Shown here in pieces: positions 1-7,973 of a DNA stretch of 64,000 nucleotides. Position 1 is the stretch's first letter; every line of letters begins with the position of its first letter. The notes beneath the pieces are model-generated. The model was not told where the DNA came from and did no database searches. It worked only from the letters and a program-made list of their open reading frames with translations. The stretch covers positions 1,064,506 through 1,128,505 of the forward strand of contig OX638316.1 of assembly GCA_951812525.1 (NCBI GenBank), read 5' to 3'. The stretch comes from an uncultured Poribacteria bacterium. Lineage in GTDB: Bacteria > Poribacteria > WGA-4E > WGA-3G. A program made the translations under genes and the position numbers.

Positions 1-960
1 ACCGAACCCACCCTCGGTCTGTACAAAGCCTGTTACCTCAACGTTGTTTCCATCGTCATCTGTTACGGTGATATCCAATCCGCTGGTTTCAAGCGTATTC
101 CCGCGCTGTTCATCGGTGACTGTATCTGGATAGTACACCCATACTATCCACCCAGTTGCCTTCGTCGAATCCTCTGGATGAACGTGGTGTGTCTCTATAG
201 CACCAGGAGTGAATATAGGTAATGGTGTGGGATCTTCTGGTGGATTGGTAGTATCCGGCGTTTCGGTAGTGCCACCATTGCCGCTGTTACCACCATTGCC
301 GCCGCCATTACCGCCATTGCCACCGTTACCACCATTGCCGCCGTTGCCACCATTACCGCCGTTGCCACCGTTGCCTGGTGGATTATTATTGTTCGGTGGA
401 TTATTATTCGATGGATTATTATTCGATGGATTACCACTACTTGGCGGATTCCCGGTGTTGCCACCACCGCCGGTATTTCCATTGTTACCACCACCATTGT
501 TACCGCCACCGTTATTGCCACCACTACCAGTATTACCGCCAGTATTGCCTTGTGGAGGGTTATTTACATTGGCACCGCTTGATCTCGGTTGAACTCTTCC
601 TGTATCCCTCAATTGCTGCGCAATTATGGTGGTGTCCACTGCTCTCTCTGCACGCAGGATAGGTCTACCTTCGTAATAGAACACATAAATGAGTTTTTGC
701 GGATGGATGTGAATGACGGGTGCATTGATTGTTGCACCGCCACTTCCTCCGTACACAAGTTCCATACAAGATGAATTAACCCCGTTTTCAATGCAGATTA
801 ATCCTCCACCGTTCGAGATAGTATACTTGTCTATATCGTCGGGCGTTAACATTGAACCGAGAGGAGTATCGGAACACCCGGTTATGCCAAGCAGTATAAA
901 CAGAATGCTACCGATTAAGCATAACGATAAAAGTCTAATTTTTAACACAGTTTTAGCCAT
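1..960 (-). CDS. Partial lipoprotein, N-terminus at 960, paralog of the next gene. Contains a long Gly/Asn/Pro-rich low-complexity linker (GGNGGN...).
   Basis: I translated the minus strand from the ATG at 958-960. It gives MAKTVLKIRLLSLCLIGSILFILLGITGCSD (signal peptide plus lipobox ITGC). Motifs shared with the 986..1738 protein are VIHIHPQKLIYVFYYEGRPILRAERA and IAQQLRDTGRVQPRS. The ORF runs off the window start. Confidence 0.6.
   Translation of the reverse strand, partial: MAKTVLKIRLLSLCLIGSILFILLGITGCSDTPLGSMLTPDDIDKYTISNGGGLICIENGVNSSCMELVYGGSGGATINAPVIHIHPQKLIYVFYYEGRPILRAERAVDTTIIAQQLRDTGRVQPRSSGANVNNPPQGNTGGNTGSGGNNGGGNNGGGNNGNTGGGGNTGNPPSSGNPSNNNPSNNNPPNNNNPPGNGGNGGNGGNGGNGGNGGNGGNGGGNGGNSGNGGTTETPDTTNPPEDPTPLPIFTPGAIETHHVHPEDSTKATGWIVWVYYPDTVTDEQRGNTLETSGLDITVTDDDGNNVEVTGFVQTEGGFG
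240..560. repeat. Imperfect GGN/CCN-periodic low-complexity nucleotide tract (for example ccattgccgccgccattaccgccattgccacc...). It encodes the poly(Gly-Asn) linker of the lipoprotein.
   Basis: Direct reading shows 9-12-nt units repeated many times. Both listed ORFs 195..524(-) and 209..592(+) are artefacts of this periodicity. Confidence 0.8.
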
Positions 961-985
961 GACGTTACTCCTTCCCAGAAGCCTA

Positions 986-1738
986 TTATAGTGGTCGCAA
1001 TTGGAGGATGTTAGTATCTGTATTAGAGTCGACGCCATTCGCGCTGATATGGAATTCCGCGGTATTGCCCGGGACTAATCCACCGACTTGAACAGTTATG
1101 TTCGGAGCCTCAGTATCAACAGAGAATTGAACGCCGCGGCTGCCATTGAGTCCGTCGGTCTCTCCAAAGTTCCTTATCCGAAGGTCTCTTCGGGTGTTAG
1201 GTACCATCTTTTGACCTTCTACAACTCTGATGTCAAGCCCGCTGTTTCCAAGTGTTAGCCTACGATTTATTTGGGGACCTGAATTCAGGTAGTATACCTG
1301 GATAATCCAGCCTTCAGGCTCATTTGGAGCACCAGTCCCCCCGATATTGTTGATATCTGACGGCAGCTGAACTCTTCCGACCTCCGCCAACTCCTGTATA
1401 AGCTCGGATGTGTCCATCCCTCTCTTCGCATACAAAATAGGCTTACCTTCATAATAGAATACATAACTGAGACTTGTTGGATGAACATGGACGACGGGTG
1501 TATAGTCAACGCCTGTCCCGCCAACCTCTACCTCATCCAGCATAAGTTTTACACAAACCGAATCGAATCCATCCTGAAGGCAGAGGGTATCTTGTTCCAT
1601 TGAGTCAAGATACTGGTCTACATGTTGAACTGTAATTACCTGACCTGTATAAGGAACATCGGAACAACCGGTTATACCGAGAAGCATAATTAAGATGCCG
1701 CCGATCAAACTTAACGCTAAAGGTTCGCTTTTTTTCAT
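986..1738 (-). CDS. Lipoprotein, paralog of the upstream gene but lacking the GGN-repeat linker.
   Basis: The likely start is the internal Met of the 362-aa ORF: MKKSEPLALSLIGGILIMLLGITGCSD (signal peptide plus lipobox), ATG at 1736-1738. Shared motifs are VHVHPTSLSYVFYYEGKPILYAKRG and IQELAEVGRVQLPS. No family was recognised. Confidence 0.55.
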   Translation of the reverse strand: MKKSEPLALSLIGGILIMLLGITGCSDVPYTGQVITVQHVDQYLDSMEQDTLCLQDGFDSVCVKLMLDEVEVGGTGVDYTPVVHVHPTSLSYVFYYEGKPILYAKRGMDTSELIQELAEVGRVQLPSDINNIGGTGAPNEPEGWIIQVYYLNSGPQINRRLTLGNSGLDIRVVEGQKMVPNTRRDLRIRNFGETDGLNGSRGVQFSVDTEAPNITVQVGGLVPGNTAEFHISANGVDSNTDTNILQLRPL

Positions 1739-2320
1739 TATTTCAAAACCTACTTTCATTATTGCCTCCGTGAAGTTAGCACCAGTGATGCCCGAATTAT
1801 TAAAATTTACAATTTTCTTGTCTTTGTGCTGATTCATCTTCACACACTGAATATCCCCAACAACCATCGATCCTTTAGTCAGTATCTCGACGCGGCAGTA
1901 TTGAGCAGATACATCACTAATTTTTAATTTTATGTTCTTCATGATATTATTCCCCAGCTGGAAAACCATAGCCGCATGGGTGGCACATCTGTTCCTGCAT
2001 AACCGAAATAGTATATCAACGTGTGTTTGATTTAAACGCGTCAGTCGAATTACATAGAATACGAAAGATCTCAAATATTGAGATTGTTTGGGTTTCCTTT
2101 TTACTTCAAGACTTCCAAATCCGAGTGAAGTTCAAACGGTATAATAAACGAAAGGTATTAATATTGGGTTTCACCATACCGACGCAATTTCCGCACCACG
2201 TACTTAAATAACCATGTTAGCGTATACAATTTTTGTGTGCTATATCACAATTTTTGTGTTCTATATTACGATATTAGCACTTTTACAACAGAAAAAGATT
2301 GTGAATAGATACTGTGTAGC

Positions 2321-2372
2321 CAAAAAGAGAGCGGACCATACCATAAAGTGCATTGTCCGCTCTTTGTTCAGC
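2321..2372 (-). terminator. Rho-independent terminator for the lamin-tail gene.
   Basis: The minus strand reads AGAGCGGAC-N19-GTCCGCTCT followed by CTTTTT. It lies immediately 3' of the stop at 2398. Confidence 0.6.
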
Positions 2373-2397
2373 AGAACGTAATTAAAATATCCCTTGG

Positions 2398-4305
2398 TTA
2401 ATCTCGTAAGTGTTTCAACTCGCCCCACTGTGTGGTCAGTTTACCTTTAGCGGAAATTAGTCCTCTCAGATGACTCGTGGCTAACGTTTGACGCTCGCCG
2501 GCAAAAGAGACATCTTCAATTCGGTAGTAATAGACAACGTTGGGTTTCGCCGTGGTGTCTGTCCATGTATACGTATTTCGCTCACTTGTAGTGCCAGCAC
2601 CTTGAATCAGGGACGTGTTGATAGTCTTGAATTCACCCGCTTTTGTTTGGCTTCGCAATATATTAAATCCTGCGTTGTCCACCTCGGATTCGGTAGTCCA
2701 CCTGATGACAACTATGCCGGTTTCGGTGCGTTCTGGTCTGAAGTGGGAGAGTTGCACAGGAAGTGCCTGTCCTGCGCGAAGTCCAGGGGTGCCGTAGTCG
2801 AAACTATTGCCATACCAAGTTTCAACGTTTTTTCTTGCGACATACGAAAAACCAGTATCTGCTGCAGGAATCCAACCTTCCCGTTGTGTGCCATCGTGCG
2901 CTATGCCTTTCTTAGTGTACACCCCAGTTCGCTGGTTATAATTGCGATATCTACGAATGATCGAGGTTCGGTCTCCACTTCCAGTTCTGCCATCAGGTAG
3001 TTGCCATGTGGGTTGATCGAAAGTTCTGATTTTTCCGTCTAGATTCCCAACTTCGTCAGCGAGCTCATTTCTTCCATCAACAAGTTTGATATGGAAACCT
3101 CTGGTCGGGTGCAAGAACGGATCCCGTGTGCTGCGCATCCCAAATTCTGCTGCGAGTTCTGAGTAGACCTTGAAAACACGGGTGGGTACAAAGTGAGCAC
3201 TATTTGAATTTCTGCCCCCTGATGAGACAATCAGCACAGCCTGATTCGGAGGGATAGTTTTAACGTCGCCGTCATCCTTAAAATTAATTCTTCCGAATCG
3301 GGCCGCTTCTGTTCGATTCGGATCGTCGTAGTTTTCGATGATTAAGCTCCATCCACTGTCAGCATCTAAGGCAACGGCTTCGGTATTAGAGCTATTGAAA
3401 AGCTCAATCCACTGGATCTCACTTGTGCTTCTGTTCGTAGCAAACATGATTTCACTGATAGTCACCGTCCCTGTGAGAGTTCTGACACTTCCCCGACGAG
3501 TTACTGGCAGCCCAACGGTAAATGTACCCGTAGGGAAAATATAAGAACCGGCAGGCGTCGGCTCAACTGTTATCTTTTTCACACCTACACCAGGAACAAT
3601 AGTCACTGTCCAGACTTTTTCTGTGGCGTCAGCTGAAAGACCATCAGATGGGATAAACCCACCGGTGACATCAATATCTGTGCGCACCAGCGTAATTGCT
3701 CGCGTTGAGGTAAATGTCACAGTAAATGGCGCATTGCCGCTAATAGGCATATCATCTGACAAGGTTAGCGGTGGTGATGCGCTCCGAATTACATGGATTA
3801 CTTTTCGATCAGACTCTTGCGTAGGATCGTCATCGACCACATCAAGATTCACTATCCTACCAGGGAGGTTCGCAGCACCTCTAGGCACACGTATAATGAC
3901 CTGATCAACATTCCCCTCGACGGTGATTGTCGTTGTGTATACGCTACGATCAGTGTTAGGTTGAACAGATGTAGCTACTGCACCACGCTGCACAACGTTC
4001 CCGTTGCTATCTGCAGCGATCAAATCAATGTCATTAACATCAAAACCAGTTACCTCGGTATTAACACCCGCAGCGTTCTGAAACGTGACTGTCAACGCAA
4101 AGGTAACGGATTCAGACGTGATCCCGTACACCTGTATATCTGGTGTTGTATCATCCACATCTGTTACTGTCAGTATCGGTGTCACATTTGCGGTTGCCAG
4201 TGTTGTAAAGAAAGCAAGCCCAGCAACGAGTAATATGGCAAAAATTAAGGGAAGTGCCAATTTCTTAGACAACATGCGTAATTTTCCTCCTCCAAACAAA
4301 ATCAA
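2398..4305 (-). CDS. Secreted protein with N-terminal Ig-like domains and a lamin-tail domain (LTD). It ends with the conserved 'GKLTTQWGELK' tail.
   Basis: Signal peptide MLSKKLALPLIFAILLVAGLAFF. The LTD-type motif SEIQWIELFNSSNTEAVALD...WSLII matches the EWIELYN signature of PF00932. The C-terminus is ...ISAKGKLTTQWGELKHLRD. Confidence 0.7.
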   Translation of the reverse strand: MILFGGGKLRMLSKKLALPLIFAILLVAGLAFFTTLATANVTPILTVTDVDDTTPDIQVYGITSESVTFALTVTFQNAAGVNTEVTGFDVNDIDLIAADSNGNVVQRGAVATSVQPNTDRSVYTTTITVEGNVDQVIIRVPRGAANLPGRIVNLDVVDDDPTQESDRKVIHVIRSASPPLTLSDDMPISGNAPFTVTFTSTRAITLVRTDIDVTGGFIPSDGLSADATEKVWTVTIVPGVGVKKITVEPTPAGSYIFPTGTFTVGLPVTRRGSVRTLTGTVTISEIMFATNRSTSEIQWIELFNSSNTEAVALDADSGWSLIIENYDDPNRTEAARFGRINFKDDGDVKTIPPNQAVLIVSSGGRNSNSAHFVPTRVFKVYSELAAEFGMRSTRDPFLHPTRGFHIKLVDGRNELADEVGNLDGKIRTFDQPTWQLPDGRTGSGDRTSIIRRYRNYNQRTGVYTKKGIAHDGTQREGWIPAADTGFSYVARKNVETWYGNSFDYGTPGLRAGQALPVQLSHFRPERTETGIVVIRWTTESEVDNAGFNILRSQTKAGEFKTINTSLIQGAGTTSERNTYTWTDTTAKPNVVYYYRIEDVSFAGERQTLATSHLRGLISAKGKLTTQWGELKHLRD

Positions 4306-4537
4306 ATTTAGAAACCTACTTTGGGCTTTGGCTTGATTTCTTTTCTTGTTAGGTGAGATCTCAAGCGGGAGCGAATTTGTTAAGGTTTTCTCTTGAAGGA
4401 AATAACGCTATTTACCTTAAGCGCGTTACGAAAACACTATAAACATTACGCCTTTACAGGGGTCAGGAAAAGAGAGATGCGGTGTTTTATATAATCTAAC
4501 GTGACGGGATAATAGGCGCGGAATGTAATCTAAGACA

Positions 4538-4618
4538 AATTATGCTTGCGTAGCATAATTTGGAAACCGCGCCTACCGATTTTAAGGAGGTATCGGGATT
4601 TGGAAATCCCTCCTACAG
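4538..4618. other. Conserved intergenic element, copy 1. A 9-bp perfect palindrome (AATTATGCT-TGCGT-AGCATAATT) is followed by TGGAAACCGCGCCTACC and then a second GGAAATCCCTCCTACAG box.
   Basis: The same architecture recurs at 7867..7955. The core GAAACCGCGCCTAC also occurs at 14999. Confidence 0.5.
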
Positions 4619-4658
4619 AAGTGGTTAGCAAGACGGTAGGAAGCTCGTTAGTGGGGAA

Positions 4659-5189
4659 TTAGAATTGGGCGGGAAAGTTGCCGCGTGCGGCATCCATGAC
4701 TTCGCCTGTAATTTCATCATGTCCGTTGTCTTTGGCGAAACTTTCAATGCCCATCTTTGCCATGGGACGGACGAAACTGGGGATCCGCTCCAAGCGCTCT
4801 AACGCTTCTGGCGTCCAGACTGGACCGGTCGGTTCGTCAGGTACGGACTCTTCCTGGAATGTATCTGAGATGACCGAGGTAAAGGGACATTTGCCCCCTT
4901 CGGTAGTCTCGTCAGAACTTGTTTCTGAGGAAAACATGCTCGACATAGGTTCACTTTTGGCAGTCTCTAACTGTGAACGCACCATTTGCATCGGCTGCGC
5001 TGCTTCGTTGTTACCACCGAGTTTGAGATCCAAGGATTTCAGCATTTGGGTCTCTGACGGATTGAGGTACATGGCGATCTCGGTAAAGCAATCAGGACAC
5101 TCAAAAAGTGCTGTCACGGAGCCTTGTTCAGGGCGGGTTACATCTTTAAACTTCATCGCTGTGTCGCAGTCTGTACATAGGAATTTCAT
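4659..5189 (-). CDS. Zinc-ribbon plus PCP_red (protochlorophyllide-reductase 57-kDa subunit C-terminal-like, PF08369) domain protein.
   Basis: N-terminal CTDCDT...CPDC zinc ribbon. C-terminal VWTPEALERLERIPSFVRPMAKMGIESFAKDNGHDEITGEVMDAA matches the PCP_red consensus. Confidence 0.65.
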   Translation of the reverse strand: MKFLCTDCDTAMKFKDVTRPEQGSVTALFECPDCFTEIAMYLNPSETQMLKSLDLKLGGNNEAAQPMQMVRSQLETAKSEPMSSMFSSETSSDETTEGGKCPFTSVISDTFQEESVPDEPTGPVWTPEALERLERIPSFVRPMAKMGIESFAKDNGHDEITGEVMDAARGNFPAQF

Positions 5190-5201
5190 TTTCTGTCTCC
5201 T

Positions 5202-6083
5202 TTAATTTTCAAAAAACGCTTGAATCTTTTCAGCCATCTGCATGAGTACTTTACTTGCCGGAGCATCTGGATATTCACCAAGATAAGAAGTTCCGTTGTC
5301 ACTGGCGCGGGCGAGTTTCGGATCAAAGGGAATGCTACCGAGAATTGCCTGTTGGAATGCACTGTCCAAGGGTTCCTCAGCGGAAAAGAGCGGTTCCTCC
5401 TCTCCACAATGTTGACAGACATAGAAAGCCATATTTTCAACGACGCCGATGATCGGAACATTCAGAATATCTTTCGCCATTGTTACCGACTTCTTGACAA
5501 TCAGTTGCGAGACTTCTGAAGGGATCGTCACGACGACGACACCGCCGAGGTTGGGGATGAGTTCTGCCACATTTGGAAGCCGATCAGTACCGGGAGGTAG
5601 ATCAAGCAGGAGGTAATCCAACTCGCCCCATTCGGTGTCGGAAATGAATTCTCGTAAGGCACCGACCTCCATTGAGCTACGCCATGTAAATGCGTCCTTC
5701 TGTGTGTGCGCATTCCAGATAACGGGGGCGTCGTCTTCCGCCAAGAGCAGATCCATGGAGATAAGCTTGGTACCGAGTGCGGTGATCGCCGGCTTGACAC
5801 CTATAGAGGTGTATTCCAGTGTAGCACTGCGGACCCCCATCATCTTGGCGAGTGTCGGTCCGTTGATGTCAGCATCGACGACACCGACAGTGTTGCCTTT
5901 TAACGTAAGTGCGGTGGCGAGGTTGGCGGTGAGTGAACTTTTGCCGACACCACCCTTTCCACTCATAATTGCGACTGTGTGCTTGACTGAGGCAAGACGT
6001 TTCTGGAGGCGGTTTACCTGCGCTGTGACTTGCCCGATAATATTGGAACCGGCATCACTCGGCAAATCCTTATATGTTTTCAT
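5202..6083 (-). CDS. apbC: Mrp/NBP35/ApbC-family Fe-S cluster carrier ATPase.
   Basis: The Walker A motif SGKGGVGKSS sits in a ParA/Mrp fold, and a conserved CxxC (CQHC) is present. Full-length similarity to the ApbC/Mrp family. Confidence 0.85.
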   Translation of the reverse strand: MKTYKDLPSDAGSNIIGQVTAQVNRLQKRLASVKHTVAIMSGKGGVGKSSLTANLATALTLKGNTVGVVDADINGPTLAKMMGVRSATLEYTSIGVKPAITALGTKLISMDLLLAEDDAPVIWNAHTQKDAFTWRSSMEVGALREFISDTEWGELDYLLLDLPPGTDRLPNVAELIPNLGGVVVVTIPSEVSQLIVKKSVTMAKDILNVPIIGVVENMAFYVCQHCGEEEPLFSAEEPLDSAFQQAILGSIPFDPKLARASDNGTSYLGEYPDAPASKVLMQMAEKIQAFFEN

Positions 6084-7366
6084 TCTCCGCCACCGATTGC
6101 ATAGAGTGCGTTATAGCTGCGCAAGTAGAGTGCCTGGTTAGTGATAACGGGAGATGCGGCGATGGTTTCGTTTATGGAATTGCTGGCGACTATTTCAAAC
6201 TCACGTCCCGCTTTCACAACGGTGATAACACCGTCTCGAGATGTAAGGTAGATATATCCATTTGCATAGACAGGCGAGGCGCGATGTCGATGCCGATGCG
6301 TCCGCTCACGGTAGAGTTGTTGTCCGGTTTCGGCATCAAGACATATTAGGTCCCCATTTTCCCGACAGAGATAGACCAATCCGTCGTGAATAAGAGGCGA
6401 AGGGACATCGGGTGTGCCTTGTCGAAGCTTCCAGCGTTGCCATTTGCCGTTAGTGACATCGCCTTGTGCGGCGGGATCGATGCCGACAACGGGTCCATTT
6501 TTCGCCGAAGGGACGACGATAAGACCTTCTGTCACGACAGGTGAGGCGACGAACCGAAGGGTGTAGTTGTAATTTCCCTTGGGATTCAAGTCACCGCATC
6601 GCCAGATTTCGCTGCCATCTTCAAGGCTGTGTGCAGTCACATAATCGGCACCATGTACGACGAGGTATTCATGTTCTGCATCGCGGTAGAGAATGGGGGA
6701 GGTGTAGGCGTGTTCACATTCCTCGGTTGCGTCGCTATCACGTTTATGTTTCCAGATTTCCTCGCCCGTCATTTTGTCGAGCGCAAGGACAAGCCACGCG
6801 CCGCTGTGGATGAGATGCATGTAAAGCCGATCTTGGTCAAGGAGCGGGGTTGTTGCCATGACAAAGTAAAGGTTGAATCTACCGTACCGCTCGGCAAGAT
6901 TGGTGTGCCATACCTCATTTCCATCGAAATCATAACAGACGAGATCCCCTGTGCCAAAGAACGCCCAGACGTGTTCACCATTCGTTACAGGAGAGGGTGC
7001 CGCAAAATTGCCTTCACCCCTACGAACAACTCGGTTCCCGCGTGCTATAGTGCGTTTCCAGAGTTCTTTGCCTTCGGTGCTGATACACATCAAAACAAGT
7101 GCGTCATCTTCAGCGGAGGTGAGGAAAATTTTATCCTCCCAAACGATAGGCGTGGAGGCGGCTTCTCCAGGGAGAGGGAAACGCCATTGGATATTTTCAG
7201 TTTGGCTCCATTGGATAGGCGCATTGGTGGCTTGGCTGACACCGTCGTTATTTGGTCCGCGCCACCGGTGCCAATTGTCAGCAGACAAAGACCCTACAAG
7301 GATAAAAACTGTGAGTAAAAGGGTTAGCGTGTTTCTTAACATAAGTTTTTGCATAATGAACACCAT
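6080..7366 (-). CDS. Secreted PQQ-like beta-propeller repeat protein (BamB/PQQ enzyme-repeat family).
   Basis: Signal peptide, then repeated A..G.V(Y/F)..(S/T).DG.L.A.D..TG...W motifs across the length. Confidence 0.7.
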   Translation of the reverse strand: MVFIMQKLMLRNTLTLLLTVFILVGSLSADNWHRWRGPNNDGVSQATNAPIQWSQTENIQWRFPLPGEAASTPIVWEDKIFLTSAEDDALVLMCISTEGKELWKRTIARGNRVVRRGEGNFAAPSPVTNGEHVWAFFGTGDLVCYDFDGNEVWHTNLAERYGRFNLYFVMATTPLLDQDRLYMHLIHSGAWLVLALDKMTGEEIWKHKRDSDATEECEHAYTSPILYRDAEHEYLVVHGADYVTAHSLEDGSEIWRCGDLNPKGNYNYTLRFVASPVVTEGLIVVPSAKNGPVVGIDPAAQGDVTNGKWQRWKLRQGTPDVPSPLIHDGLVYLCRENGDLICLDAETGQQLYRERTHRHRHRASPVYANGYIYLTSRDGVITVVKAGREFEIVASNSINETIAASPVITNQALYLRSYNALYAIGGGE

Positions 7367-7408
7367 CCTTCAGTGGACCCTATTGTGGTACACTGTCTCT
7401 GCCAAGTT

Positions 7409-7837
7409 TTAATGCTTCTCGTCCGTCCACAAGCCGCGATCAGGTCCCTTCCACTGATACGGGACTATTTTTGATAAGGTTCCCAATCTGTATTCCAGAA
7501 ACTCATATCCTGCTTCTATCACATAGCCTTCGTTTGTGAAAATAGGGAACTCCAATTTGGAGAGCGTATCAAAAGGTTCAATTTCCATCCATATATCCAG
7601 TTTACCTTCCACTGTCCTATAGAAAAGATCGGCGGAATGGCTTTCATGTTTCAGAACCATGACAACGCCAGATTGTATAACTTCTCCACTAGACGAGCAG
7701 ACCTTTAAGCCGACGACAAGATCGTTTGTTGGTGGGGGATCTGACTGGACTTTAAACCATAAACCGTGGTGTGACCCCTCCGCAATGCCCTCATTTGGAC
7801 CGATGATTTGGAATGTGACAGTTGGGGTATCGTTCAT
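7409..7837 (-). CDS. Hypothetical protein.
   Basis: A 142-aa ORF in operon context. No motif was recognised. Confidence 0.4.
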   Translation of the reverse strand: MNDTPTVTFQIIGPNEGIAEGSHHGLWFKVQSDPPPTNDLVVGLKVCSSSGEVIQSGVVMVLKHESHSADLFYRTVEGKLDIWMEIEPFDTLSKLEFPIFTNEGYVIEAGYEFLEYRLGTLSKIVPYQWKGPDRGLWTDEKH

Positions 7838-7866
7838 TATTTGTTTTCTCTATTTTCCAGTCTATT

Positions 7867-7955
7867 AACGATACACTATGTATCGTTGAGGTTGGAAACC
7901 TCGCCTACCAAAGAAAGACTACTTTGTATATCGTCGAGGTGGAAATCTCCCTATA
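7867..7955. other. Conserved intergenic element, copy 2. It has the palindrome AACGATACA-CTA-TGTATCGTT, then GAGGTTGGAAACCTCGCCTACC and GAGGTGGAAATCTCCCTATAG.
   Basis: Same composite architecture as 4538..4618. Confidence 0.5.
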
Positions 7956-7973
7956 GTCAATCCCAATTGTTAC

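Noticed and set aside
195-592. ORFs 195..524(-) and 209..592(+) encoding poly-Pro/Leu or poly-Val/Thr proteins
   Set aside because: They are frames of the GGN/CCN repeat tract. The real coding frame is the minus-strand lipoprotein gene (the Gly/Asn linker)..
1739-2397. tRNA/ncRNA in the long AT-rich intergenic region
   Set aside because: No cloverleaf-compatible GC-rich stems and no T-loop (GTTCRANYC) motif were seen. It contains only direct repeats and a terminator hairpin.
4678-5205. Plus-strand 175-aa ORF
   Set aside because: Antisense shadow of the well-supported Zn-ribbon/PCP_red gene.
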